Shown piece by piece: positions 28,465 through 37,768 of a stretch of 64,000 nucleotides of DNA. The DNA comes from an uncultured Gammaproteobacteria bacterium (GTDB lineage Bacteria > Patescibacteriota > Patescibacteriia > UBA9934). The stretch's first letter is position 1, and the number at the start of each line of letters is the position of its first letter. A program made the translations under genes and the position numbers. The DNA lies in assembly GCA_964452565.1 (NCBI GenBank), contig CAYVLY010000001.1:643053-707052 (forward strand), written 5' to 3'. Under the pieces are notes generated by a model. That model was given only the letters and a program-made list of their open reading frames with translations. It did no database searches and was not told where the DNA came from.

Positions 28465-29670
28465 ATGAAACCCAAGCAAGTATATCTAGATCACTCAGCA
28501 TTGACCCCAACTCGCAGAGAGGTGGTTGATTTGATGTGCAAGATCGAAGATCGAAAACTGGGCAATCCATCAAGTATGCATATGGGGGGTAAGGAAGCCC
28601 GGGATCTAATCGAAGATGCTCGAAAGACCGTGGCCGATGCTATGGATGCGCGTCCCGACGAGATCGTTTTTACTGGAAGCGGAACCGAGTCAGATAATAT
28701 GGCGATTCTTGGGGCCGCCCGAGCGCATACGGCTCATGGGAAGCATATTGTTTCATGTAAGACCGAGCATCCAGCAGTTCTCGAAACTCTTCGATATCTA
28801 GAAGAGAAAGAGGGGTTTGAGGTGACTCTACTCGACGTCGATGAGTACGGACAGGTTTCGATCGATGACGTAAAAAATGCACTTCGCGATGATACGATTC
28901 TTGTTACAATCATGTATGCGAATAATGAGATCGGAACTATTCATCCGATTTCAGATATCGGTCGCATGCTTCAAAAACAGCGGAAACAGAACAAGACACC
29001 ATATCCATTGTTTCACACTGATGCCTGCCAAGCCTTTGGGTATCTTGATATGCGCGTCGAAGCGTTGCATGTCGATCTAATGACCGTGAATTCGTCAAAG
29101 ATCTATGGACCAAAAGGTGTAGGTGCTTTGTTTGTTAAGCGCGGTGTGAAGATCGCGCCCATCACATTTGGTGGATCACAGGAGAAAAGACTTCGACCCG
29201 GAACTGAGAATGTGACGGGAATTGTGGGATTTGCCAAGGCGGTTGAGCTGGCCCGAAAGGGTTGTGAGAAGGAAGTGAAGCGGCTAACAAAGCTTCGCGA
29301 TTGGTTTATCGATGAGATCAAAGATCAAATACCAAAAGTTCGATTAAATGGCCACCCAGAGCAGCGACTTCCAAATAACGTCAACATTTCATTTTTAGAT
29401 ATCGAAGGCGAGGCGCTTTTGTTATATCTCGACGCCGAAGGTGTTCAGGCTTCGTCTGGGTCTGCGTGTACAAGCGAAAAGCTTGATCCAAGTCATGTCA
29501 TTCTAGCGCTTGGAGTCCCATTTGAAGTGGCGCATGGAAGTATTCGATTTAGTTTGGGCCGATCTACGACCAAGAAGGATCTGAAGCGCGTTCTTGGTGT
29601 GCTCCCAGGGATCGTTGAACGTCTTCGCAAGATAAGCCCAGTAAAGATCTCAAGAGAATTTGAAAATTAG
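28465..29670 (+). CDS. Cysteine desulfurase (NifS/IscS family)
   Basis: PLP-binding region SSKIYGPKGVGALFV and active-site loop SSGSACTS. Confidence 0.85.
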   Translation: MKPKQVYLDHSALTPTRREVVDLMCKIEDRKLGNPSSMHMGGKEARDLIEDARKTVADAMDARPDEIVFTGSGTESDNMAILGAARAHTAHGKHIVSCKTEHPAVLETLRYLEEKEGFEVTLLDVDEYGQVSIDDVKNALRDDTILVTIMYANNEIGTIHPISDIGRMLQKQRKQNKTPYPLFHTDACQAFGYLDMRVEALHVDLMTVNSSKIYGPKGVGALFVKRGVKIAPITFGGSQEKRLRPGTENVTGIVGFAKAVELARKGCEKEVKRLTKLRDWFIDEIKDQIPKVRLNGHPEQRLPNNVNISFLDIEGEALLLYLDAEGVQASSGSACTSEKLDPSHVILALGVPFEVAHGSIRFSLGRSTTKKDLKRVLGVLPGIVERLRKISPVKISREFEN

Positions 29671-30166
29671 TATGGTAGATGATTTTGTTGCCAAAGAGGT
29701 AGAAGGAACAAGTGGCGATGTTGTTAATCGAGGCGAGTCGTGTTCTTGGTTTTATTCAGATATTGTAAGAGAGCACTTTTTTAATCCGCAGAATTTTCTT
29801 GAAGGCGAACTCGGGGAAGGAGAATACAATGCTACAGGTCGAGTTGGCTCTCCAGCTTGTGGTGATGAGCTTAAGATCTGGCTGTGGGTTGATCCAGAGA
29901 CCGAAAAGATTAAGAAGTTCTGGTGGAAGACCTTTGGATGTGCTTCCGCAATTGCTTCAACTTCGATAACTTCGGTAATTGTTACTGAAAATGATGGCAT
30001 GACTCTTGATGAGGCCTGCAATTTAAAGCCCCAAGACATAGTGGTACGCCTTGGGGGCTTGCCCCCACGAAAGATTCACTGCTCAGTCCTTGCGGATCAG
30101 GCACTAAGAGATGCTATTAATGATTATTATCTTAGAAGCGAGCAATCTGATAAAATGACAACATAA
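29660..30166 (+). CDS. NifU/IscU-like Fe-S cluster scaffold protein
   Basis: Conserved Cys pattern GSPACGDELKIW...FGCASAIASTS...HCS. Confidence 0.7.
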   Translation: MKISMVDDFVAKEVEGTSGDVVNRGESCSWFYSDIVREHFFNPQNFLEGELGEGEYNATGRVGSPACGDELKIWLWVDPETEKIKKFWWKTFGCASAIASTSITSVIVTENDGMTLDEACNLKPQDIVVRLGGLPPRKIHCSVLADQALRDAINDYYLRSEQSDKMTT

Positions 30167-30210
30167 TGAAATATTTATAAAGTTTCACAATGTGAACGAT
30201 CGTTCATGAT

Positions 30211-30495
30211 GTGAAGCGCCAAAAGATTATGAAAATAACAATAAAAGTAGATCCAGATTTGTGCATTGGTGCTGCAAGTTGTGTGGTGATTGATAACACA
30301 AGCTTTGAGCTCAATGAAGACAACAGGGCCTATGTGCTTGATCATGGAGAGGCGCCCAATGAGCCAACATATGAGCGGGAAGTTGAGGTAACTCAAGAAG
30401 AGTTGGATCGGGTTCTTATGGCAGCACAGTCTTGTCCAACAATGGCAGTGATCGTGACAGATGAAAATGGCAAGCAGTTATATCCTGAAATATAG
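30211..30495 (+). CDS. Small ferredoxin (single-cluster type)
   Basis: Pattern DPDLCIGAASCVVI ... SCPTMAVIV, as in single [3Fe-4S]/[4Fe-4S] ferredoxins. Confidence 0.55.
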   Translation: MKRQKIMKITIKVDPDLCIGAASCVVIDNTSFELNEDNRAYVLDHGEAPNEPTYEREVEVTQEELDRVLMAAQSCPTMAVIVTDENGKQLYPEI

Positions 30496-30498
30496 AAT

Positions 30499-31668
30499 AT
30501 GAAATTTGTAATTATTGGCGGTGGGGTTGCAGGAACCACTGCGGCGGAAGAAATTCGAAAGCGCGACCCAAAAGCCGAGATAACTATTATTGAGCAGGAG
30601 CCGCACAGGCTTTACTCAAAAGTTTTGCTTGCAAAGTATGTAACCGATGAGCTTGATCGCGATCGGTTGTTTTTAAAAACAGAGAATTGGTATTCAGAAA
30701 AGAACATCGAGTTAATGAGTGGTGTACGCGTTTTGCAGATCAACTCGAAAAACAAATTTGTTGAGACATCTGATAAACGGGAGATTCCGTACGATAAATT
30801 AATCATAGCAACCGGCCAGCAACCAAAAATGCTTGAGGTTGATATACGCGGAATGGCATACTTTCGAACACTTGATGATGCCGAGGTTTTGAAGTCATTG
30901 ATTTCCGAGCTTAAATCAAAGCCGAGAGATCAGCAGCGGATGATTATTATTGGCGGTGCGTTTATCTCAATGGAGTATGTTCACATTGCACAGGCACTTG
31001 ATATTCCTGTTTCGATCATTCTCCGATCTGGCGGTTTTTGGTCAAGGATTATTTCCGAAGAGTCTCAGCAGATGCTTTTGAAAAAGGCTGAAGATCTCGG
31101 AATCGACATTCACACAAACCAAACATTTGATATCCTGGGGGACACAGAATTCGAAGGCGTGAAACTTTCCAGTGGCACAGAGATTAAAGGTTCGATCCTG
31201 GCGGTTGGAGTTGGAATCCAGACTGATGGTCAGTGGTTGATTGAATCAGGTATTGAGGTGGGGCGTGGTGCAACATGTGACAAGCGCTTTGAGATTCAGG
31301 AAGATATCTACACGATCGGTGACGTGTGTGAGTTTGAAGATGGTATTATGGAGCGAGCCATGCATGTTGGTAACTGGACCAACTCAATTCAGCAAGGAAG
31401 ATGTGTTGCAGCAAATGTACTTAGTGAGAAGTGTGATTATGAGTTTGTAAGCTCGTATGCGACCCGACTTGGAGACATTGAGATCACATTCATTGGCGAC
31501 ACAGACCGATCAATCGCACAGGATGTCTGTCGAATTGAAGACGGTGATGCTGTTATCGAGCTATTTGATCGAGGTAACAGAACTGTTGGCGCAGTGATTC
31601 TAGGTTCAACAAAAGAACGTACAAAAATCACAAAAGCAATTCAAGAAAAGCAACTTTATGAGCTCTAA
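30499..31668 (+). CDS. FAD/NAD(P)-dependent pyridine-nucleotide-disulfide-family oxidoreductase (ferredoxin or rubredoxin reductase-like)
   Basis: Two Rossmann dinucleotide motifs: FVIIGGGVAGTTAA and MIIIGGAFISMEY. Confidence 0.75.
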   Translation: MKFVIIGGGVAGTTAAEEIRKRDPKAEITIIEQEPHRLYSKVLLAKYVTDELDRDRLFLKTENWYSEKNIELMSGVRVLQINSKNKFVETSDKREIPYDKLIIATGQQPKMLEVDIRGMAYFRTLDDAEVLKSLISELKSKPRDQQRMIIIGGAFISMEYVHIAQALDIPVSIILRSGGFWSRIISEESQQMLLKKAEDLGIDIHTNQTFDILGDTEFEGVKLSSGTEIKGSILAVGVGIQTDGQWLIESGIEVGRGATCDKRFEIQEDIYTIGDVCEFEDGIMERAMHVGNWTNSIQQGRCVAANVLSEKCDYEFVSSYATRLGDIEITFIGDTDRSIAQDVCRIEDGDAVIELFDRGNRTVGAVILGSTKERTKITKAIQEKQLYEL

Positions 31669-32734
31669 GCATCCACTAGATAATACAAGGACATATACAA
31701 CATACGATACCGCGGACATTGTTTTTGGTGTTGAGCGACTTTCGCAGCAGATGAAGGCTGCATTTGAAGACACAAAAGCGATCAAGATACCAGGGGCGTA
31801 CTTGGGGGTTGATCGTGTATTGGTTGCTGGAATGGGCGGTTCGTCTCTTGGGTCCCATGTTTTAAAAACCGGACTTGCAGATCACATAAAGGTGCCTGTT
31901 GAGTTGTTGCGTGGATATAATCTCCCGTCATGGGTAAATTCAAAGACACTTGTGGTTCTATCAAGTTTTTCAGGAAATACAGAAGAGGTTTTGTATGTTG
32001 CAAAGCAGGCAAGGGAGGCTAAGGCAAAGATTGTGGGGATTGCTAGCGGCGGCAAGCTGGCATCTTTAGTAAAGCGACAAAAGTACCCAGCTTATTTATT
32101 TAAACCAGGCGATTTAGCCAAGGAGCCGCGTCTTGGACTTGGGTTCTCAATTGCAGGAACCCTTGGACTTCTTGAGCAAGTTAGACTTGTTAAAGTGTCA
32201 AAAAAAGAAAAGATAAATTGGTTGCGTGCCATGGCAGAGGTAGTTGATAGCTGCGCCCTTGATGTCCCAGTTAAAGAAAATCCAGCAAAGCAAGTTGCGG
32301 TGGCCTTAAAGGGTAGGCCCATGCTAGTTGTCGGGTCCGAGCATCTGGCAGGCATTACACATGTGTTTACCAACCAGATAAATGAGACAGCAAAGCAGTT
32401 TGCACAGTCACACGAATTACCTGAGCTTAACCATCACCTCATGGAGGGCCTCACGTTCCCAAAAGGGCTATTTTCAAAGTTCACCGTTGTGATGCTTAAG
32501 TCAAAGCACTATCACGCACGAACTCAAAAGAGGTATCCGATTACAGCAAAGGTATTTGAAAAGCTTGGGGCAGAGGTGATTGAATATGAAGCTCGCGGGG
32601 AAACTAAGTTTGAGGAGGTAGTGGAGGTATTGCAGTTCGGAAGCTTTGCAAGTTATTATCTAGCCATGTCTAATAAAGTCGACCCAAAAGACATTCCATA
32701 TGTTGAGTGGTTTAAAAAGCAATTGGACAGATAA
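31658..32734 (+). CDS. Bifunctional phosphoglucose/phosphomannose isomerase (SIS domain)
   Basis: SIS motifs VLVAGMGGSSLG and VLSSFSGNTEE. Confidence 0.7.
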   Translation: MSSKHPLDNTRTYTTYDTADIVFGVERLSQQMKAAFEDTKAIKIPGAYLGVDRVLVAGMGGSSLGSHVLKTGLADHIKVPVELLRGYNLPSWVNSKTLVVLSSFSGNTEEVLYVAKQAREAKAKIVGIASGGKLASLVKRQKYPAYLFKPGDLAKEPRLGLGFSIAGTLGLLEQVRLVKVSKKEKINWLRAMAEVVDSCALDVPVKENPAKQVAVALKGRPMLVVGSEHLAGITHVFTNQINETAKQFAQSHELPELNHHLMEGLTFPKGLFSKFTVVMLKSKHYHARTQKRYPITAKVFEKLGAEVIEYEARGETKFEEVVEVLQFGSFASYYLAMSNKVDPKDIPYVEWFKKQLDR

Positions 32735-32879
32735 TAATAGAACAAAGACTACAGAACTCAGATCACAGATAAGGATCGGCGAAAGCTGATTCTTTTGTTT
32801 TTACACTGGGTTCTGTGTTCCAGCCGTCGCTACTTCGTAGCTATGGCCGGCAGGCTGCTTTCTGCTATAATAAAGCCGT

Positions 32880-33527
32880 ATGAAAAAATACCCAGGACCC
32901 GTCTCAAAAATAATCTTTGACAAATCTGTAGTCTCTTTTTGCTGCAAAAACTTTAGATCTCGTCAACATAGCTATGGTTATGTTTCCTCGATCTTCAGCC
33001 TTTTCGCTAAAAAGATCCATACAGATTTTCTAAAGCTATTTCTGAGACGGGTCCTCGCAGTGTTTTTATTAACCCTTGGTTTATTTGGCGTCGGTGCGCC
33101 TGTGGTTCAGGCACAGTCTATTGCGGATCGTTATGATGACATCCAAGATCAGGGTCTTATTTTTGCCGGAATTTGTCCTGGGTCAAACGAAACTTGCGAC
33201 TGTAGAGATTATGGAAAGTGTACCCTGGAAGACATGATGCAGTTGCTTGTTAATCTAAGTGTATTCATTTTCGGAATAACAGGCTCTGTCATGATGTTGA
33301 TCATTGTATACGGGGGATTTAAGTGGATAATGGCGCACGGAGAATCTGCAATGGTCGAAGAGGGCAGAAAGGCGCTTATTGGAGGGCTCGTCGGACTGGC
33401 AATAATCATGGGCGCCTATGCTGCCATAAACGTTATCGTGTCTGTTATAAAAACCGGAGAGATTCCAACTACCGACATTGAAGAAACCATTGGTGAGGGG
33501 GCTGAGGATATTATTGATACGCAATAG
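32880..33527 (+). CDS. TrbC/VirB2-like pilin paralog 1. The start is uncertain and may be a non-ATG codon downstream.
   Basis: Signal-like hydrophobic segment, then IVYGGFKWIMAHGESAMVEEGRKALIGGLVGLAIIMGAYAAINVI. This motif is shared with the five downstream ORFs. Confidence 0.5.
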   Translation: MKKYPGPVSKIIFDKSVVSFCCKNFRSRQHSYGYVSSIFSLFAKKIHTDFLKLFLRRVLAVFLLTLGLFGVGAPVVQAQSIADRYDDIQDQGLIFAGICPGSNETCDCRDYGKCTLEDMMQLLVNLSVFIFGITGSVMMLIIVYGGFKWIMAHGESAMVEEGRKALIGGLVGLAIIMGAYAAINVIVSVIKTGEIPTTDIEETIGEGAEDIIDTQ

Positions 33528-33551
33528 GTAAAATCCTGATATAATCACTTT

Positions 33552-33893
33552 ATGAAAAAGATAAAAGCTATTATTGCAAGTATTAGTGTTATGGCCTTGC
33601 CATATGTGGTACATGCGCAAGTTTCCCTTACAAACCCTCTTGGCGAGAATGATGTTCGGGTGATCATTGGAACGGTGATCAAGGGTGCATTATCAGTTGC
33701 AGGTACTTTGGCGCTTTTAATGTTCGTATATGGAGGGATCTTGTGGCTTACGGACATGGGAAAGGGTGATCAGGTGAAAAAGGGTAAGGACATTTTGGTT
33801 TGGGCAACACTTGGAATCATCTTGATTGCTGGGGCGTATGTGTTGACCACCGCTATCTTCAACGCAATCCTCATGGGAAGCGTTGAGGGGTAG
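33552..33893 (+). CDS. TrbC/VirB2-like pilin paralog 2
   Basis: Signal peptide, then FVYGGILWLTDMGKGDQVKKGKDILVWATLGIILIAGAYVLT. Confidence 0.55.
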   Translation: MKKIKAIIASISVMALPYVVHAQVSLTNPLGENDVRVIIGTVIKGALSVAGTLALLMFVYGGILWLTDMGKGDQVKKGKDILVWATLGIILIAGAYVLTTAIFNAILMGSVEG

Positions 33894-33980
33894 CCTCTTT
33901 CCATCCCGAGCGACCGCAGGGAGTCGGGGGATCTATTAACTCAAAGATTAATTTAATCATTTAAGTAATTAAGCATTACT

Positions 33981-34385
33981 ATGACAAAAACATTGGCCAT
34001 GTTTGCACTTAGTTTCTTGCTTGTCGTCCCAGTTTTGGGAACTATGAGCTTGAGCACTGGTGTTCACGTTGCGCATGCGCAACAACTTGAAACTGAGGAT
34101 TTCTTCGAAGATGAGTTCTCAGAGAGTACTGGCTTAGGTCAAGCCGACCTAAAGTCAACAATTGGAAACCTTATTCGAGTATTCCTAGGGTTCCTTGGAA
34201 TTATCGCTGTTGTGATGGTTCTTCTTGGTGGATTTAAATGGATGACAGCTAGTGGTAATGAAGACAAGGTTGCGGAGGCAAAGCGGCTGCTCATTGCTGG
34301 TGTGGTTGGTCTTGCGATCATCTTGTCAGCGTACGCAATAACAAGCTTTGTTATTGAGTCGGTGATCACGGCATCAGCCGATTAG
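33981..34385 (+). CDS. TrbC/VirB2-like pilin paralog 3
   Basis: Signal peptide, then LLGGFKWMTASGNEDKVAEAKRLLIAGVVGLAIILSAYAIT. Confidence 0.55.
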   Translation: MTKTLAMFALSFLLVVPVLGTMSLSTGVHVAHAQQLETEDFFEDEFSESTGLGQADLKSTIGNLIRVFLGFLGIIAVVMVLLGGFKWMTASGNEDKVAEAKRLLIAGVVGLAIILSAYAITSFVIESVITASAD

Positions 34386-34429
34386 TTTTCACATGACCGT
34401 TTGTCCGCACGCTGTGGGGACATTCGGCT

Positions 34430-34789
34430 ATGCGAAAATATATCGCCCTTGCAGTCATTGGATTGCTTCTTAGCCCAACCCTTACATTTGGACAGTTAGA
34501 TCCAAGCGAGACCGGATTAGAGTCTACTGGGGAGGAGGCATATGGAACACTTGATCAATCAATAGGTCAGTGGGTTGGATCAAAGATCATCACCCCTGCA
34601 CTTGCCCTTGTTGGTGTTATATTCTTGGTACTCATGGTTTATGCTGGGTTCCTATGGATGACAGCTGGAGGAAAGTCAGACCAGGTTCAGAAAGCAAAGG
34701 ACCTGATGATACGCGCTATTATTGGAGTAATCATAATCTCCGCAGCGTATGCAATTACAACCTTTGTGTTCAGAGCTATAGGTAGCTAG
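34430..34789 (+). CDS. TrbC/VirB2-like pilin paralog 4
   Basis: Signal peptide, then MVYAGFLWMTAGGKSDQVQKAKDLMIRAIIGVIIISAAYAIT. Confidence 0.55.
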   Translation: MRKYIALAVIGLLLSPTLTFGQLDPSETGLESTGEEAYGTLDQSIGQWVGSKIITPALALVGVIFLVLMVYAGFLWMTAGGKSDQVQKAKDLMIRAIIGVIIISAAYAITTFVFRAIGS

Positions 34790-34790
34790 T

Positions 34791-35153
34791 ATGAAAAAGA
34801 TAATCACAGCGTTTACCCTGTCTGCGTTCTGCGTTCTGGGTTCTGTATTCTGGGCCAACGCCCAAGACTTCACAGGTCAACTAGATGAGGCTCAAAGTGA
34901 AGTTGGATTTGCACAAACTGATATTGCGACAATGATCGGTACTATTATCGGAGTAGCCCTTTCAGTCCTAGGAATACTACTTTTACTTCTTATAATCTAT
35001 GCTGGATTCCTATGGATGACAGCTGGAGGTGAAACAGATAAGACCAAAAAGGCTAAGGATTATATGATTAATGCAGTCATTGGTTTGATCATAACCCTAG
35101 CGGCCTATGCGATTTCGCAATTTGTTATTAATGCTATTCAGGGTACGACATAG
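34791..35153 (+). CDS. TrbC/VirB2-like pilin paralog 5
   Basis: Signal peptide, then IIYAGFLWMTAGGETDKTKKAKDYMINAVIGLIITLAAYAIS. Confidence 0.55.
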   Translation: MKKIITAFTLSAFCVLGSVFWANAQDFTGQLDEAQSEVGFAQTDIATMIGTIIGVALSVLGILLLLLIIYAGFLWMTAGGETDKTKKAKDYMINAVIGLIITLAAYAISQFVINAIQGTT

Positions 35154-35219
35154 AAAAGTATCGTGAATAATGATAAAATACTATTACTTATTAATTTAAG
35201 AGCTCTTAATTCATATACT

Positions 35220-35603
35220 ATGAGATATCTCGAAAAGCTAGGTGTGCTGCTCGCAATTGGACTTTTGTCTGTCCCAATGCTTGCTGCACCAGTTCATGCG
35301 CAAGATATCGGTACACACCTTGATACTGCTGCAGGTTCTGCAGGGCTATCAGCAAGTACTGACCTTGCAACTATTATTGGTAGCTTGATCAATGTATTCT
35401 TGACCATTCTTGGTATTATCTTGCTCGTCTTAATCCTTTATGCTGGATTCCTATGGATGACAGCTGGAGGTGAGACAGATAAGACAAAGAAGGCTAAGGA
35501 CATCATGATCAATGCGGTTATTGGATTGATCATCCTGCTTGCAGCGTATGCGATTTCAAATTTTGTAATCGAAGCGCTTGGAGAGGCAGGAGTAGCTGAC
35601 TAG
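35220..35603 (+). CDS. TrbC/VirB2-like pilin paralog 6. The C-terminal half is nearly identical to paralog 5.
   Basis: ILYAGFLWMTAGGETDKTKKAKDIMINAVIGLIILLAAYAIS. The likely start is MRYLEK at 35220 rather than the ORF-track start. Confidence 0.55.
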   Translation: MRYLEKLGVLLAIGLLSVPMLAAPVHAQDIGTHLDTAAGSAGLSASTDLATIIGSLINVFLTILGIILLVLILYAGFLWMTAGGETDKTKKAKDIMINAVIGLIILLAAYAISNFVIEALGEAGVAD

Positions 35604-35621
35604 GCAAAATACAATCAGACA

Positions 35622-35659
35622 AAAAAATTACCAGGGACATGCCCTGGTAATTTTTTATG
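35622..35659 (+). terminator. Intrinsic terminator after the pilin array
   Basis: Hairpin taccagggacatgccctggta followed by a T-run. Confidence 0.7.
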
Positions 35660-35685
35660 TTTAAAGTGTTTAACCATTTGGCTCT

Positions 35686-35751
35686 ACCTCACTTGTTTAA
35701 AGTGTTGACTCCAAAATAAACATTTGAACAACTTAAACATATTAAACAAAA
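35686..35751. repeat. Left terminal inverted repeat (66 bp) of the GC-rich cassette
   Basis: cctcacttgtttaaagtgttgactccaaaataaacatttgaacaacttaaacatattaaacaaaaa equals the reverse complement of 39106-39171, with one mismatch. Confidence 0.85.
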
Positions 35752-35849
35752 ACCCTTGGCTGTGGCAGGGTTTTTACAAAGCAACAACCCCGCCACACCT
35801 CATAAGGGAGGGGGCGGGGTCACGGGTCACCTTCACAACACTTCTTGAG

Positions 35850-37649
35850 CTACGGGCAGAAGCTGGGCTTCTTGTCCTTGCCCTTGAAATGCTCGCACAC
35901 CTTCTGCTTCGTGTCCTGGGGCTCTGAGGAGGACTCGTGATGGGTCGTTGAGCTCGAGGGCACGGTGGCACTTGCGTTCTGTGAGCCGTTGAAGGCGAAC
36001 GAAAGCCCGAGTAGTACGAAGGCCAGAGGCAGGATGACGAAGAAGGCGTGCAGTAGCATGCTCCCGCCCTTTTGTGCGAGGCGTTTCCGTTCGAGTGCGT
36101 TCCAGTGATGCGGGGCAAAGGACATGAACTCCATGATGAAGTAGATGAGCATTGCCGCGACCATGAACGTATGCCAGCCTGTCATGCGTGTGACCGACCT
36201 TGTCCAGACGATCGTATCGAAGACCCAGAACATGGCCCATCCAGCGCCGAATCCCAAGGGGATCAGGGTCCCCATGAGAATTGCCAGGTGACGAGACCAG
36301 GGTTCGCGTCCACGTCCATCGTTGGCCTGCTGGCCATTGTCATCGCGCAGGATCTGGGTACTGAACCTCTGTTCAGCCCAGCGCACCAGGGGTGCGATCA
36401 GGCTTTCCCGGCTGAACGGGTTGAACTTGCTCAGCAGAGATTTGATAGCCGTCGGCAGTTTGTGGTACGGGGCAAAGATCGACCGGAAGACTGTGAAGAG
36501 CAGCACACTGCTAAGTATATGGCTCCCACTCAGGCGTAGTGGCGGGTAGTGCCAGTCGCCTGTGAGCAGGACCAGGCAGTTCAGGAAGCCGGGCTTTTCA
36601 ATGAAGCCCAATCCGTAGGACCAGAGATCCACGCTGCGGAGATAAAGGAGCGCGATAGGGATGAACCCGATCAGCCAGAGGGCGCCGATGAACAGCAGGG
36701 CGCCTCCACCCCACCCCAGCCACTTTGGCAGCCTGTTCTGGGCGAGGTTTTCGCCCCAGGCATACAGCCGGTCCTTGGGTACAAGGGCGTCGAGCTTGTC
36801 GAGTGCGACCATGAGCCAGCCCATCGGGCCAGTGCAGTGACGCTTGGCTGTCATGATGAGCCGTCGTTGGTCTTCCCAGGGGCGCATACGAGCCCACTCG
36901 AAGCCATTGTCGTGATCGTAGGGATTGAGCGTACGTCGAACCTCGTTAGGATTACTCTCAATCGCTCGAGGCAGCCCATAGCTGATCTGCCACGCGTCAC
37001 CTTCGAGTCCGTTGCTATCGTTGTCGCCATTTCGGCGGGCGGGCGTGTCGTCGCTACGCTGCTCATCTTCTGCGGCAGCCAGAATACCCATAAGCACGTC
37101 GATTTCTCGCATGGTCCAGGTAGTCCAGATGCTCAGCGGGGGCTCAGGGATGGCTTGCATGTTCGGGAGTACGCCATGTGCCTCTTCTGCGGCGCTGCCC
37201 AACGCTTCCCGGACTTCTTGTTGGGTAGGGCGGTGGCCCTGTCGAGCACGAACGGCCAAGTTGCGCAGGCCAATGCCGATACGTTCGGACACTTCCTCGA
37301 CCGCCATGCCAGCAATCGGGTTGCCCTGCGCCAGCCTGCGGCCGACAAGTTCTCCGATGAGGTTGAGCGCAACAGCGGTCAGCTGTGGCGGCACAACCAT
37401 GAGCAGAAAGTTCACCAGGCGACCGATATGGCCATCAAGCGCGTTGAGGTTTTGGGGATCTGATCGGCTGATGGCGCGCTCGAGAGCTTCTGCCATGTGT
37501 TCGATCGGAATCTTGATATAGAGGGGGATGTCGTCCATGACGTGTACCTCGTTGTGAAGGTTGATTTGGTATGGGACGGGTCGTTGATCCGTCCCAAAGA
37601 CAGGGAGATCAAGACGGCTAAACTTAGCATTGAAAACAGCTTTTGTCAA
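35850..37649 (-). CDS. Hypothetical polytopic membrane protein (599 aa), GC-rich cassette cargo
   Basis: Multiple hydrophobic helices in the C-terminal half. No recognised catalytic motif. GC-rich codon usage. Confidence 0.4.
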   Translation of the reverse strand: MTKAVFNAKFSRLDLPVFGTDQRPVPYQINLHNEVHVMDDIPLYIKIPIEHMAEALERAISRSDPQNLNALDGHIGRLVNFLLMVVPPQLTAVALNLIGELVGRRLAQGNPIAGMAVEEVSERIGIGLRNLAVRARQGHRPTQQEVREALGSAAEEAHGVLPNMQAIPEPPLSIWTTWTMREIDVLMGILAAAEDEQRSDDTPARRNGDNDSNGLEGDAWQISYGLPRAIESNPNEVRRTLNPYDHDNGFEWARMRPWEDQRRLIMTAKRHCTGPMGWLMVALDKLDALVPKDRLYAWGENLAQNRLPKWLGWGGGALLFIGALWLIGFIPIALLYLRSVDLWSYGLGFIEKPGFLNCLVLLTGDWHYPPLRLSGSHILSSVLLFTVFRSIFAPYHKLPTAIKSLLSKFNPFSRESLIAPLVRWAEQRFSTQILRDDNGQQANDGRGREPWSRHLAILMGTLIPLGFGAGWAMFWVFDTIVWTRSVTRMTGWHTFMVAAMLIYFIMEFMSFAPHHWNALERKRLAQKGGSMLLHAFFVILPLAFVLLGLSFAFNGSQNASATVPSSSTTHHESSSEPQDTKQKVCEHFKGKDKKPSFCP

Positions 37650-37659
37650 CTTAGTGAGG

Positions 37660-37688
37660 TTGACAAAGTAGCTAAAATTGGCTACAGT
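37660..37688 (+). promoter_or_regulatory. Sigma70-like promoter inside the cassette (TTGACA, 17-nt spacer, TACAGT) for the two plus-strand cargo genes
   Basis: TTGACA at 37660-37665 and TACAGT at 37683-37688. The ribosome-binding site GGAGAA lies upstream of the ATG at 37769. Confidence 0.45.
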
Positions 37689-37768
37689 TAGACGTCTGCA
37701 GAGCTCTCGTGAACTCGAGTTTCTGTAAACAAGTTTACCCCCGTCCCCTTTCCAACCCGGAGAACACC

